Below the pieces are notes generated by a model, which saw nothing but the letters and a program-made list of their open reading frames with translations, had not been told where the DNA came from and did not search any database. The translations under genes were made by a program, and so were the position numbers. Shown here in pieces: positions 18,296-27,419 of a stretch of 64,000 nt of DNA (position 1 is its first letter; every line of letters begins with the position of its first letter). Source of the stretch: Sphingomonadaceae bacterium (GTDB taxonomy: Bacteria; Pseudomonadota; Alphaproteobacteria; Sphingomonadales; Sphingomonadaceae); contig JADZEQ010000005.1 in the NCBI GenBank assembly GCA_020850455.1, positions 96,873 through 160,872 of the forward strand. The letters run 5' to 3'.

Positions 18296-18993
18296 TGCGC
18301 AAGCTGGGTCTGATTGGCGGGATAAGTTGGGCCGCGAGCGAGCAATATTACCGCATCCTCAATCTGGAATTGCAACGCCGCGCCGGGGCGGGGTGCAGCG
18401 CGCCCTTGGTCATGGACAGCCTCAACTATTGCGACCTCAAGCGCTTGTCGAGCGATGCGCAGTGGGGGAGCGCGACCGAGATATTGGTCGCCAGCGCGCA
18501 AAGGCTGGAGGGGGCGGGGGCGAGCGCCATCATGATCTGCGCCAATTCAATGTACAAGGTGGCCGACGCGGTGCAGGCGGCGATTTCGGTGCCGTTGCTT
18601 AACATTGTTGACCCCGTCGGTCGGGCGATGCGCGCAGCGGGCGTCGAAACGGCCGCCATTTTGGGGACGCGCAATGTCATGGCCGAACGCTGGTACCGCC
18701 AGCGGCTTGTCAGCCATGGTGTGTCCTTGTTTCCGGCTGACGATGGCGTTGTCGATATGGTCGATCGCATCATTTATGATGAGTTGATGCAGGGCGTAAT
18801 CAACAAGGCGAGTGAGCGTGAATTGCGCAGCCTGATTACCAGTTTTGACCAGCGTGGGGTGGATGCGGTTGCGCTCGCCTCCACCGAATTGTCGCTGCTG
18901 GTCGATACCGACGCAAATATCCTGCCGATATATGATTCAACCCGCCTCCACGCACTCGACGGCGTGGCGTGGATGCTGGGCGATATGCCTTGA
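18292..18993 (+). CDS. Asp/Glu racemase-family protein (YgeA-like) with non-canonical catalytic motifs
   Basis: KLGLIGGISWAASEQYYRILN, IMICANSMYKVAD, VALASTELSLLV. ATGA overlap with the pntB stop (18292-18295). Confidence 0.7.
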   Translation: MMRKLGLIGGISWAASEQYYRILNLELQRRAGAGCSAPLVMDSLNYCDLKRLSSDAQWGSATEILVASAQRLEGAGASAIMICANSMYKVADAVQAAISVPLLNIVDPVGRAMRAAGVETAAILGTRNVMAERWYRQRLVSHGVSLFPADDGVVDMVDRIIYDELMQGVINKASERELRSLITSFDQRGVDAVALASTELSLLVDTDANILPIYDSTRLHALDGVAWMLGDMP

Positions 18994-19013
18994 TTGCCCC
19001 ATAGGTCGGCAGG

Positions 19014-20477
19014 TCAACCATCCAATTCCCGCAACGATCCGGCAAAACGGCGGCCAACAGGGATGGTTGTGCCGTCGTGGAGCCGCACCTGCCGCCCGCC
19101 GCCCGCCCGCACTTCGACCGATGCTATGGCCCGACGCGCTATGGCATAGCTTTTGTGGATACGCAGAAAATCGGCGGGAAGTTCGCGCAATAGCCGGGTC
19201 AGCCCCATGGTGACCAGCAAGTTGCGCCCGTCGGCAGTCTGCACCTCCACATAATCATCGGCCGCGCGCAATATGACTATGTCATCAACCGCCAGCCTAT
19301 ATTGGCGCGACCCGTTTTTGAGTGTGAGGATCGGGTCGCCCGCCGCCTCTGCATGGCGCAGCCTTTCCTCCAATTCCGAAATGCGTTGTTGCGCCATGCG
19401 TTCAGCACGCAGCATCCCCAATTGTTCGAGGATGCATGCGATCAGCAAAATTGCGATGACAAAATAATAGCTGCGGTCGAGGAATTCGCCCCCTTCCCAT
19501 GTCATGGTCAGGAGCGCCGCCGTGCCGATCACCAGCGCAATCGCTGCCGCCTTGTTGCGGGCAATGGCTGTGTGCCAGAGCGCGCGTAGAGCGGTAACCA
19601 ACATGACCATCTGCCCCACGGCCACCACTGCCAAACTTTTATAATCAAAGCCGGCTATCCACAGCAGCATGGCCACAGCGGTGCAGGCGGCGATGCCGGT
19701 TATCGCGTATCGCCTGTCGGGCCAGAATCTTTTTGCCGCCCCGAAACAGAGGGTGAGCGTGGTCAATGTGGCGAGCAGTGCGATGCCGCTCACCCGAACC
19801 AAATGCCATGGATAGGGGTAATCGACAAAACTGCGCGCCACCTCTGCCAGCGCCTGCACCATAGATAATAAGGCGATCAGCGCGGGCAATATGGCGGGGC
19901 GTGCGCCGCGCGGTTGGAGCCATGCGGCGACCAGAAAATAGGCAAAGCAGACCGCCAGCAGGCCGAGCGCGACCAAGGTCGGCAGATAATGGGTACGGCT
20001 GGGCAATGCGGGGGTTTCATATGGTCCGATTTGGAGGAGGTGGATCGGCTGCACCAAGGGCGTCCATAAATGGTCGGCGCTGAAGCGGATGCGCAGATGG
20101 TTTTCGCCCGCGCGTACCGCGCCGCGCGGTACATTGAAGCTGGCGAAATATCGCCCCGCAACCTCCGCATGGGTTGCATCGGGCAGGCGGCCATTGCTGC
20201 CGATATGCTGGCCGTTCCAAATAATTTCGCTGCTCGCCAATGCCGCAATATGGAGGCTGAGTGGCCAGTCGAGCGGCAGCGCATCGGGCGGGACGATGAT
20301 TGACCGTTCAATGGTCAAAATCTGGCCGGGCGCAACATTGTCGGCCGTGTCGATCAGGTCACAGGGTGCGGCGGGTTGGTAACAGGTCGCCCCTGCCGGT
20401 GCCGGGAACAGCAAGATCAGAAAATAGAAAAGCATGGGCAGGCGGCGGAACATGCCCCGACGATAAACTGTTGCCAT
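19014..20477 (-). CDS. Membrane-embedded LytTR-family one-component regulator (periplasmic domain + ~7 TM + coiled coil + LytTR DNA-binding domain)
   Basis: 487 aa. C-terminal LytTR: YRLAVDDIVILRAADDYVEVQTADGRNLLVTMGLTRLLRELPADFLRIHKSYAIARRAI. Multiple hydrophobic helices between about aa 165 and 345. N-terminal extracytoplasmic segment of about 130 aa. Confidence 0.75.
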   Translation of the reverse strand: MATVYRRGMFRRLPMLFYFLILLFPAPAGATCYQPAAPCDLIDTADNVAPGQILTIERSIIVPPDALPLDWPLSLHIAALASSEIIWNGQHIGSNGRLPDATHAEVAGRYFASFNVPRGAVRAGENHLRIRFSADHLWTPLVQPIHLLQIGPYETPALPSRTHYLPTLVALGLLAVCFAYFLVAAWLQPRGARPAILPALIALLSMVQALAEVARSFVDYPYPWHLVRVSGIALLATLTTLTLCFGAAKRFWPDRRYAITGIAACTAVAMLLWIAGFDYKSLAVVAVGQMVMLVTALRALWHTAIARNKAAAIALVIGTAALLTMTWEGGEFLDRSYYFVIAILLIACILEQLGMLRAERMAQQRISELEERLRHAEAAGDPILTLKNGSRQYRLAVDDIVILRAADDYVEVQTADGRNLLVTMGLTRLLRELPADFLRIHKSYAIARRAIASVEVRAGGGRQVRLHDGTTIPVGRRFAGSLRELDG

Positions 20478-20496
20478 GCAATTGTCGCGTCGCGCC

Positions 20497-20555
20497 GCGG
20501 TCGTTCACCGACAGCTGCGGTCGTTCGCCGAACGACCGCGCGCTTCGCCGAACGG
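20497..20555. promoter_or_regulatory. Phased direct repeats plus a 23-bp perfect palindrome (candidate LytTR operator)
   Basis: GCGGTCGTTCaCCGA (20497-20511) and GCGGTCGTTCgCCGA (20517-20531). The core TTC(A/G)CCGA(C/A) starts at 20504, 20524 and 20544, an exact 20-bp period. Palindrome GCGGTCGTTCG-C-CGAACGACCGC at 20517-20539. Confidence 0.35.
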
Positions 20556-20633
20556 AACTGCCACTGGCCGAATGGCGGGCGACAGGCGCCGGTGCGCGCG
20601 CCAAGGGCTTGGCGATGCTGATCGAAAGGAAAG

Positions 20634-22103
20634 ATGATGCCGAAAGCCACCAACGCCCGCACCCGCATTGCCGCCACTTTATTTGGCTTATTTGCCATGC
20701 CGATTGGTAGCGCCGGTGCACAAACCGCCGATCCAGATGCGCGCGCGCTGTCGGCAACATTGCATGTGGAACCATATGATTTTCGTTTGGCCGATGGCAG
20801 CAACCTTGCGGCAGAACGTGGCAGCTTTCTGGTGCCGGAGGATCGCAATGACCCCAATTCGCGGCTGATATCCATTGGCTTTGTTCGTTTCCGGTCGACC
20901 AACCCCAACCCCGGCGCGCCGATAATCTATCTTGCGGGCGGGCCGGGCGGGTCGGGCATCGGCACCGCGCGCGGACCTCGTCAGCCGATATTTCTGGCGC
21001 TGCGGGCGGTGGCCGATGTTATCGCGCTCGACCAACGTGGGGTCGGCTGGTCCAACCAATTGCCGCGTTGCCGCGCGCCTGCCGCCATGCCCACCGCGCC
21101 GGTGCTGGGCGAAGCCAGCCTGACCGCCTATTATCGCCAGACGCTCACCCAATGTGTGGGGCAATGGCGCGCCGCTGGTGCCAGCATCAACGGCTATACG
21201 ACGGTGCAGAGCGCCGATGATGTGGAGGATTTGCGCCGCGCATTGGGCGTACCCCGTATCAATTTATGGGGCATAAGTTACGGCACCCATTTGGCCTTCG
21301 CCATATTGCGCCAATATCCGCAATCGGTCGAACGGGTCGTGCTGTCGTCAGCGGAAGGGCTGGAGCAAACGGTGAAAATGCCCGCCGATGTCGATGCCGC
21401 CTTTGAACGGATCGGACAGGCGGTGGGGGGCAATTTTGTCGCCCGGATGCGGCGGGTGCATGCGGCGATGGATGCGCATCCCATGGATTTCGCCTTTACC
21501 GGCCAAGATGGGGTGGCGCATCAATTTCGCGCCGACAGCTTCGTGATCCGGATGCTGGCTGGCGCATTGGCCAAAAACCCGGACGGCTATGCTGACCTCA
21601 ACCAATTATATGCGGCTTTGGAGGGTGGGCAGCAACAAGCGATCGCGCCGATGTTGTGGCAATATTTCTATGATGCGCCGTTGCAATTGGGCATGTCGGA
21701 ACTGATGGATATCGCCTCTGGTGTCAGCGATGCGCGGTTGGCGGCGGCAAGGCAGCAGGCGCGGCACAGCCTGACGGGCAGCGCGCTGAATTTTCCCATG
21801 CCGCAATTGGCGCACGCTGTTGTGGGGTTGGATTTGGGCGACCAGTTTCGCCGCGAAGTCCGCACCAACGTCCCCACATTATTATATGAAGGGGTGTTCG
21901 ATGTGCGCACGCCATTGGCCGAACAGGAACGTGCGGTGGCGGGTTTCAGCCGATTGCAACGCATCCGCATCGTCAATGGTGGGCATGATCTGTTTGAAGC
22001 CGATCCGCGAAATCTGGGGATTATCTGCGACTTTTTCGCCGGTCGACCCGTGACAGTCGAGGAAATTCGGCTGCAAGAAGCGCCGCCGGCTTCTGCGCCC
22101 TAA
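20634..22103 (+). CDS. Secreted alpha/beta-fold hydrolase (prolyl/tripeptidyl aminopeptidase-like)
   Basis: Signal peptide (RIAATLFGLFAMPIGSAGAQT). Oxyanion region IIYLAGGPGGSG, nucleophile elbow NLWGISYGTHLA, C-terminal VNGGHDLFE. Confidence 0.7.
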   Translation: MMPKATNARTRIAATLFGLFAMPIGSAGAQTADPDARALSATLHVEPYDFRLADGSNLAAERGSFLVPEDRNDPNSRLISIGFVRFRSTNPNPGAPIIYLAGGPGGSGIGTARGPRQPIFLALRAVADVIALDQRGVGWSNQLPRCRAPAAMPTAPVLGEASLTAYYRQTLTQCVGQWRAAGASINGYTTVQSADDVEDLRRALGVPRINLWGISYGTHLAFAILRQYPQSVERVVLSSAEGLEQTVKMPADVDAAFERIGQAVGGNFVARMRRVHAAMDAHPMDFAFTGQDGVAHQFRADSFVIRMLAGALAKNPDGYADLNQLYAALEGGQQQAIAPMLWQYFYDAPLQLGMSELMDIASGVSDARLAAARQQARHSLTGSALNFPMPQLAHAVVGLDLGDQFRREVRTNVPTLLYEGVFDVRTPLAEQERAVAGFSRLQRIRIVNGGHDLFEADPRNLGIICDFFAGRPVTVEEIRLQEAPPASAP

Positions 22104-22185
22104 TTGAACATCCACCCCCATTCAGGGCTTGGCAATTGGCATGGTGATTGTCACTATGCCCGCCAAGCAGAGAGAGAGGGAGGGG

Positions 22186-23403
22186 ATGATGCGTAATTGG
22201 GTAATGGCGGGTGCGGCCTTGTTGCTGGCGACAGGTCTGACCGACGGGGCGATGGCGCGGACGATCAGCGTCGCCGCCGGGCCGGATGCGCAAACCCGCC
22301 TGCAACTTGCGCTGATAGAGGCGACTTCGGGCGATGTCGTCGAAATTGGCGCGGGGACATTTGACCTGACCGATGGGCTCAACCTCGATGCCGATGGCGT
22401 CACCGTGCGCGGCGCGGGGGCGGAACGCACCATATTGAATTTTGCCGGGCAATTGGGCGCGGGTGAGGGGCTGTTGGTCACCGGCGACCATGTGGTGCTG
22501 CGCGATTTCACGGTGCGCGATACGCGCGGCGACGGGATAAAATCCAAGCAGGCCCATAATATCGTCTATCTCAACCTTCGGGTTGATTGGTCGGGTGAGC
22601 CAAAGGCAAGCAACGGTGCCTATGGCGTCTATCCGGTCGAAAGCGAAAATGTGCTGGTCGATGGTGTGTTCGTGCGCGGCGCTTCGGACGCGGGGATATA
22701 TGTTGGCCAGTCGCGCAACATCATCGTGCGCGACAGTGTCGCCGTACAAAATGTCGCCGGGATAGAGATTGAAAACAGCTATAATGCCGATGTGCATGAC
22801 AATGTCGCCACCGGTAATACAGGCGGCATATTGGTTTTCGATTTGCCCGGCCTGCCGCAACAGGGCGGGCATAATGTCCGCGTCTTCGACAATGTCATCA
22901 TCAATAATATGACCGCCAATTTCGCGCCGGCGGGCAATATTGTCGCATCGGTCCCGACCGGCACCGGCGTCATCATCATGGCCAACCGCGATGTGGAGGT
23001 GTTCGACAATATTTTTGACGGCAATGGCACCGCCGATGTGCTGATTTCGGGCTATCGATATGGTGCGGCCCCGGCGGGCTATACGCCCGCGCCGCAACGC
23101 GTGCGCATTCTGGCCAATATCCATGGCCGGTCGGGCTTTGCGCCGGGCCCGCAATTCCCCGGCGGTGCGCAAATGGCCGCCGCCATGGGGGGCAGTCTGC
23201 CGCCGATTATCTGGGATGGTTCGGGCAGCGAAATTCGCGTCAGCGACACGGTGCATGTTGCCAGCCTCGGCCTGCCCGACCTCAGCCAATCGCGTGAGGG
23301 GGCCAGCCCGACGATGGTTGATTTAACCGGCGATGCGCCTTGGCCGCGCCTCCCCACCATCACCTTGCCTGCCGCGATGGAGGCGGCGGCAAACCAGCCA
23401 TGA
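22186..23403 (+). CDS. Secreted parallel beta-helix repeat protein
   Basis: ATG 22186 preceded by GGGAGGGG (the ORF track starts at 22129). Signal MMRNWVMAGAALLLATGLTDGAMA. PbH1-like repeats such as NVAGIEIENSYNADVHDNVATGNTGGILVFD and NVRVFDNVIINN. Confidence 0.65.
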   Translation: MMRNWVMAGAALLLATGLTDGAMARTISVAAGPDAQTRLQLALIEATSGDVVEIGAGTFDLTDGLNLDADGVTVRGAGAERTILNFAGQLGAGEGLLVTGDHVVLRDFTVRDTRGDGIKSKQAHNIVYLNLRVDWSGEPKASNGAYGVYPVESENVLVDGVFVRGASDAGIYVGQSRNIIVRDSVAVQNVAGIEIENSYNADVHDNVATGNTGGILVFDLPGLPQQGGHNVRVFDNVIINNMTANFAPAGNIVASVPTGTGVIIMANRDVEVFDNIFDGNGTADVLISGYRYGAAPAGYTPAPQRVRILANIHGRSGFAPGPQFPGGAQMAAAMGGSLPPIIWDGSGSEIRVSDTVHVASLGLPDLSQSREGASPTMVDLTGDAPWPRLPTITLPAAMEAAANQP

Positions 23404-24443
23404 TGGCAAGATGGTGGCATCCGCTGCGCGTGAGCCTGTTGGCGCTCGCGGCGATGGCGCTGCTTGGCGGCGCGCGCGATGCGCCGCGCATCGATGATGC
23501 GGCGATTATGGCCGCGCAACCACCCGCCTTGCTGTCGGCCTATGGTTTTTTTGCCGGGCGCGCCGACCGGCCGGTGGCCGCGCTCATCCCCTATAATTTG
23601 GAAACCCCGCTATTTTCGGATTATGCGGACAAAAGCCGCTTTATCTATTTGCCCGCCGGTACGCATCTGACCGCGGATGGCGAGGGCATGTTGCGCTTTC
23701 CGGTCGGCAGCGTGATCATCAAAAATTTCAGCTTTCGTATGGCGGATGGCCACGAACGCACCGTGGAAACCCGTCTGCTCATCCATCAGGCGGGGGGGTG
23801 GGTTGCGCTCCCCTATATCTGGCGGGCCGATGGCACGGATGCTGATTTGCGGCTGGCTGGTGGGCGCTTTACCGTCGATTTCGTCCATCAGGGCCAAGCG
23901 CGGCAGGTGAGCTATGCCGTCCCCAACCGCAACCAATGCCGCACCTGCCACCAGCGCAATGAAGTGTTGGAGCCGATCGGCCCCAAATGGATAAATTTGG
24001 TGCCCGACGCGCGCCTCGCCAATGCCATCAGCGGTGCGGACTTGCTGCGCCGGACGCGGGCGATGGCGCGGTGGGATGATGAAGCCGCGCCCATTGACAT
24101 GCGGGCACGCGCCTATCTCGACGGGAATTGCGCCCATTGTCACAACCCGGCGGGCAGCGCATCGAACAGCGGGCTTTTCCTCGAATATGACCGGCCGATG
24201 GGCTTTGCCACCGGGCTGTGGAAACGGCCAACCGCCGCCGGACGGGGCAGCGGGGGGATGGAATATGCCATCGACCCCGGCCTGCCCGACCAAAGCTTTC
24301 TTCTCTATCGTTTGGCGAGCCGCGAACCGGGGGTGGAAATGCCCGAATTGGGGCGCAACATCGTGCATGAGGAAGGGGTTCGCTTGATACGCGACTGGAT
24401 TGGGGCCATGCACAGGGGTGAAGCGCCACGGGCCGGGCAATGA
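23400..24443 (+). CDS. Dihaem c-type cytochrome (resembles the SO_2930 / HNE_0200 family that pairs with beta-helix proteins)
   Basis: ATGA overlap with the upstream stop (23400-23403). Signal RVSLLALAAMALLGGA. CRTCH at 23937-23951 and CAHCH at 24129-24143. N-terminal LLSAYGFFAG...PLFSDYADKSRFIYLP. Family name recalled, not searched. Confidence 0.7.
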   Translation: MMARWWHPLRVSLLALAAMALLGGARDAPRIDDAAIMAAQPPALLSAYGFFAGRADRPVAALIPYNLETPLFSDYADKSRFIYLPAGTHLTADGEGMLRFPVGSVIIKNFSFRMADGHERTVETRLLIHQAGGWVALPYIWRADGTDADLRLAGGRFTVDFVHQGQARQVSYAVPNRNQCRTCHQRNEVLEPIGPKWINLVPDARLANAISGADLLRRTRAMARWDDEAAPIDMRARAYLDGNCAHCHNPAGSASNSGLFLEYDRPMGFATGLWKRPTAAGRGSGGMEYAIDPGLPDQSFLLYRLASREPGVEMPELGRNIVHEEGVRLIRDWIGAMHRGEAPRAGQ

Positions 24444-24477
24444 TGCGCCGCCAATAAAATGCGCTGACGGAGCCGAT

Positions 24478-25128
24478 ATGTCCCAGCCTCTCCTCTATGA
24501 TTATTTCCGCTCGTCCGCTTGTTATCGTGTGCGCATCGCGCTCAATCTAAAATCTGTTGCGTATCAGGCAGTGCCAACCAGCCTGTTGGCGGGCGACCAA
24601 AAAAGCGACAGCTATCGCGCGATCAACCCGCAGGGCTTTGTCCCGGCGCTGGTTGTCGATGGGGTGGTGCTGACCCAAAGCCTCGCCATCATCGACTGGC
24701 TCGACCATCAATATGCTGAACCGCGCCTCATCCCCGCCGAACCGCTGGAACGCGCGCGGGCATTGGCGCTGACGATGATGATTGCGGCGGATATTCACCC
24801 GATCAACAATCTGCGCATTCTGAAATATCTGGGCAATGACCTGGGCCTGCGCGAAGTGACGCGCGACAATTGGTATCGGCACTGGATTGTCGAGGGGTTC
24901 AACGCCTTGGAGGCGATGGTGGATCGGGAGGACGTGGCCGCACCCTTTTTGGCGGGGGATGCGCCGGGGATTGCCGATGTCTTCCTCGTCCCGCAAATGT
25001 ACAATGCCCGCCGCTTTGAGGTGGATTTGACCCCCTATCCCCGACTGGTTGCCGCCGATGCGGCCGCCCGCGCACTGCCGCCCTTTGCCGCCGCAGCGCC
25101 CGATATGGTAAAACCCGAAGGCTTATGA
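24478..25128 (+). CDS. maiA: Maleylacetoacetate isomerase (GST zeta class)
   Basis: MSQPLLYDYFRSSACYRVRIALNLKSVAY...INPQGFVPALVVDGVVLTQSLAIIDWL. The ORF-track start (24400) is an upstream extension. Confidence 0.85.
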   Translation: MSQPLLYDYFRSSACYRVRIALNLKSVAYQAVPTSLLAGDQKSDSYRAINPQGFVPALVVDGVVLTQSLAIIDWLDHQYAEPRLIPAEPLERARALALTMMIAADIHPINNLRILKYLGNDLGLREVTRDNWYRHWIVEGFNALEAMVDREDVAAPFLAGDAPGIADVFLVPQMYNARRFEVDLTPYPRLVAADAAARALPPFAAAAPDMVKPEGL

Positions 25129-25580
25129 CCGGCAAACTCAACCTCGAAGCCTTTTTACCCTATCGCTTGTCGATAGCATCCTATGCCGTGTCAGAGCGTA
25201 TCGCCGGGGATTACCACCAGCGCTTTGGCCTGAAAGTCCCCGAATGGCGGTTGATGGCGGTCTTGGGTGAAGGGTCGCCGCAAACCCAGCGCGAATTGGG
25301 GCGGGTGACGCGGATGGATAAGGTGACGGTCAGCCGTGCGGCGATGGCGCTGGCCGAACGCGGGCTGGTGTCGCGGGTGGCGAGCGTGCGCGACGGGCGT
25401 TCGCACCATCTGGCGCTGACCAAGGCGGGGTGGAGCCTCTATGCCGACATTGCCGCCGTCGCGCTGCGCCATGAGCAAGCGATTTTGGCGGGGTTTTCGG
25501 CCAAGGAACGCGCGCAGCTTGGCAATATGTTGTTGCGGCTGCGCGATGCGGCGGATGATTTGGCCGAGGGGGATGGTTAG
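25125..25580 (+). CDS. MarR-family transcriptional regulator
   Basis: 151 aa. wHTH EWRLMAVLGEGSPQTQRELGRVTRMDKVTVSRAAMALAERGLVSR. ATGA overlap with the maiA stop. Confidence 0.85.
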   Translation: MTGKLNLEAFLPYRLSIASYAVSERIAGDYHQRFGLKVPEWRLMAVLGEGSPQTQRELGRVTRMDKVTVSRAAMALAERGLVSRVASVRDGRSHHLALTKAGWSLYADIAAVALRHEQAILAGFSAKERAQLGNMLLRLRDAADDLAEGDG

Positions 25581-25681
25581 GCTGCGCTTGCCAGCCCGCT
25601 ATTTCGCCGATATAGTATCGTATGAAACTAAATGAGTGCGGGCGATTCTGGATGACCCGCGCATTGGATGAGGTAGCTGAC

Positions 25682-26788
25682 ATGGTGGAAACGGGCGAAC
25701 ATCTGAACCCTTTGGGGCTGGATGGTTTTGAATTTGTGGAGTTTTCGGCCCCTGAAAAGGGTGTGCTGGAACCCGTCTTTGCCGCCATGGGCTTTACCCG
25801 CATCGCGCGCCACCGTTCCAAGGATGTTGATTTGTGGCGGCAGGGGGAAATCAACCTCATCGCCAATTATGAACCGCGCAGCCCCGCCGCCTTCTTTGCC
25901 GCAGAGCACGGTCCGTCGGCCTGCGGCATGGGCTTTCGTGTCAAAAATAGCGCCGAAGCCTATGCCGAGGCGCTGCGGCGTGGGGCAGAACCGGTGGCGA
26001 ACAGCACCGGGATGATGGAATTGCGCATCCCCGCGATCAAGGGGATTGGCGGGGCCTTCATCTATTTGATCGACCGTTATGCCAGCCTCGACAACCCCGA
26101 TGCGCTGTCGATTTACGACATTGATTTCGAATATCTGCCCGGTGCCGAACGTTACCCCGTCGGCGCAGGGTTCAGCCGCATCGACCATCTGACGCATAAT
26201 GTTTATGCCGGGCGCATGGCCTATTGGGCCGAATATTATGAGCGTATCTTCAATTTCCGGGAAATTCGCTATTTTGACATCAAGGGGGAATATACCGGCC
26301 TGACGTCCAAGGCGATGACCGCACCGGATGGCAAAATCCGCATTCCGCTGAATGAAGAGGGCAAGGCTGGCGGCGGCCAGATTGAGGAATATCTGCGTGC
26401 CTATAATGGTGAGGGGATTCAGCATATCGCCCTCATTTGCGATGATCTGATCGGCTGTATCGACCGGTTAAAGGCGGCGGGTGTGCCGTTGATGGCTGCC
26501 CCGCCCGCAACCTATTATGAAATGTTGGAAGATCGTTTGCCCGGCCATGGCGAACCGGTCAGCGCATTGCAGGCGCGCGGCATTTTGCTCGACGGGTCGA
26601 CCGAGGCGGGCGACCCGCGCCTCCTCCTCCAGATATTTGCGCAGCCGCAAATCGGCCCGGTATTTTTCGAATTCATCCAGCGCAAAAAGGATGAAGGCTT
26701 TGGGGAGGGGAATTTCACCGCGCTCTTCAAATCGATGGAGGCGGACCAGTTGCGGCGCGGCGCGCTCGAAACAGCGGGAGAGGGCTGA
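25682..26788 (+). CDS. hppD: 4-hydroxyphenylpyruvate dioxygenase
   Basis: [16 protein letters not shown]..., IDHLTHNV..., [11 protein letters not shown]..., [40 protein letters not shown]. Start taken at ATG 25682 (ORF track 25622). Confidence 0.9.
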   Translation: MVETGEHLNPLGLDGFEFVEFSAPEKGVLEPVFAAMGFTRIARHRSKDVDLWRQGEINLIANYEPRSPAAFFAAEHGPSACGMGFRVKNSAEAYAEALRRGAEPVANSTGMMELRIPAIKGIGGAFIYLIDRYASLDNPDALSIYDIDFEYLPGAERYPVGAGFSRIDHLTHNVYAGRMAYWAEYYERIFNFREIRYFDIKGEYTGLTSKAMTAPDGKIRIPLNEEGKAGGGQIEEYLRAYNGEGIQHIALICDDLIGCIDRLKAAGVPLMAAPPATYYEMLEDRLPGHGEPVSALQARGILLDGSTEAGDPRLLLQIFAQPQIGPVFFEFIQRKKDEGFGEGNFTALFKSMEADQLRRGALETAGEG

Positions 26789-27378
26789 TGCCGGTACTGA
26801 CCAAAGTGGCTGATCGCGACATTGTCGCCGCTGTGCCGCAAGTGCGCCGCATTCACCACGTCGCCTATCGCTGCCATGACGCCAAGGAAACGGTGGACTG
26901 GTATGCCCGCATGCTCGGCTTTGCCTATACCAACGCCTTTGCCGAAGACACGGTGCCTTCGACTGGCGCGCACGACCCCTATATGCATATTTTCCTCGAT
27001 TGCGGGGGGGGCAATGTGCTTGCCTTTTTTGAGCTGCCCGAACAGCCCGCGATGGCGCGTGACCCCAATACGCCGGCATGGGTGCAGCATTTGGCCTTTG
27101 AGGTGGATGATTTTGAAACCCTGCTCGCCGCCAAAGCGCATCTGGAAGCAGAGGGGGTCGAAGTGCTTGGCCCGACATGGCACGGCATTTTCCGTTCCAT
27201 CTATTTCTTTGACCCCAATGGTCATCGGCTCGAACTGGCCTGCAACATCGGTACGGCGGATCAATATGCCGAATTGCAGGCGCTGGCAGGCCCGATGCTG
27301 GAGGAATGGAGCCGTACCAAACGCGCGCCCGACAGCGCCAAATGGTTGCATGTTGAACCCGGCAGCCTCAGCGAATAA
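26788..27378 (+). CDS. VOC (glyoxalase / extradiol dioxygenase) superfamily protein, 196 aa
   Basis: IHHVAYRCHDAKETVDWY...HLAFEVDDFETLLAAKAHLEAEGVEV...IYFFDPNGHRLEL. Its start overlaps the hppD stop by 1 nt. Confidence 0.7.
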   Translation: MPVLTKVADRDIVAAVPQVRRIHHVAYRCHDAKETVDWYARMLGFAYTNAFAEDTVPSTGAHDPYMHIFLDCGGGNVLAFFELPEQPAMARDPNTPAWVQHLAFEVDDFETLLAAKAHLEAEGVEVLGPTWHGIFRSIYFFDPNGHRLELACNIGTADQYAELQALAGPMLEEWSRTKRAPDSAKWLHVEPGSLSE

Positions 27379-27419
27379 CCAAATATTTGCGGCTCATTCC
27401 GGGTCGGCGGAGGAATCAG

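Noticed and set aside
22021-23289. 422-aa minus-strand ORF
   Set aside because: It is antisense to the beta-helix gene, Arg/His/Ile-rich, and has no recognisable motif. I take it as a shadow ORF. The same reasoning applies to 5254..6327(+), 8275..9060(+), 13666..14520(-), 23610..24440(-), 45042..45812(-), 57800..58942(-) and 61476..62165(-).
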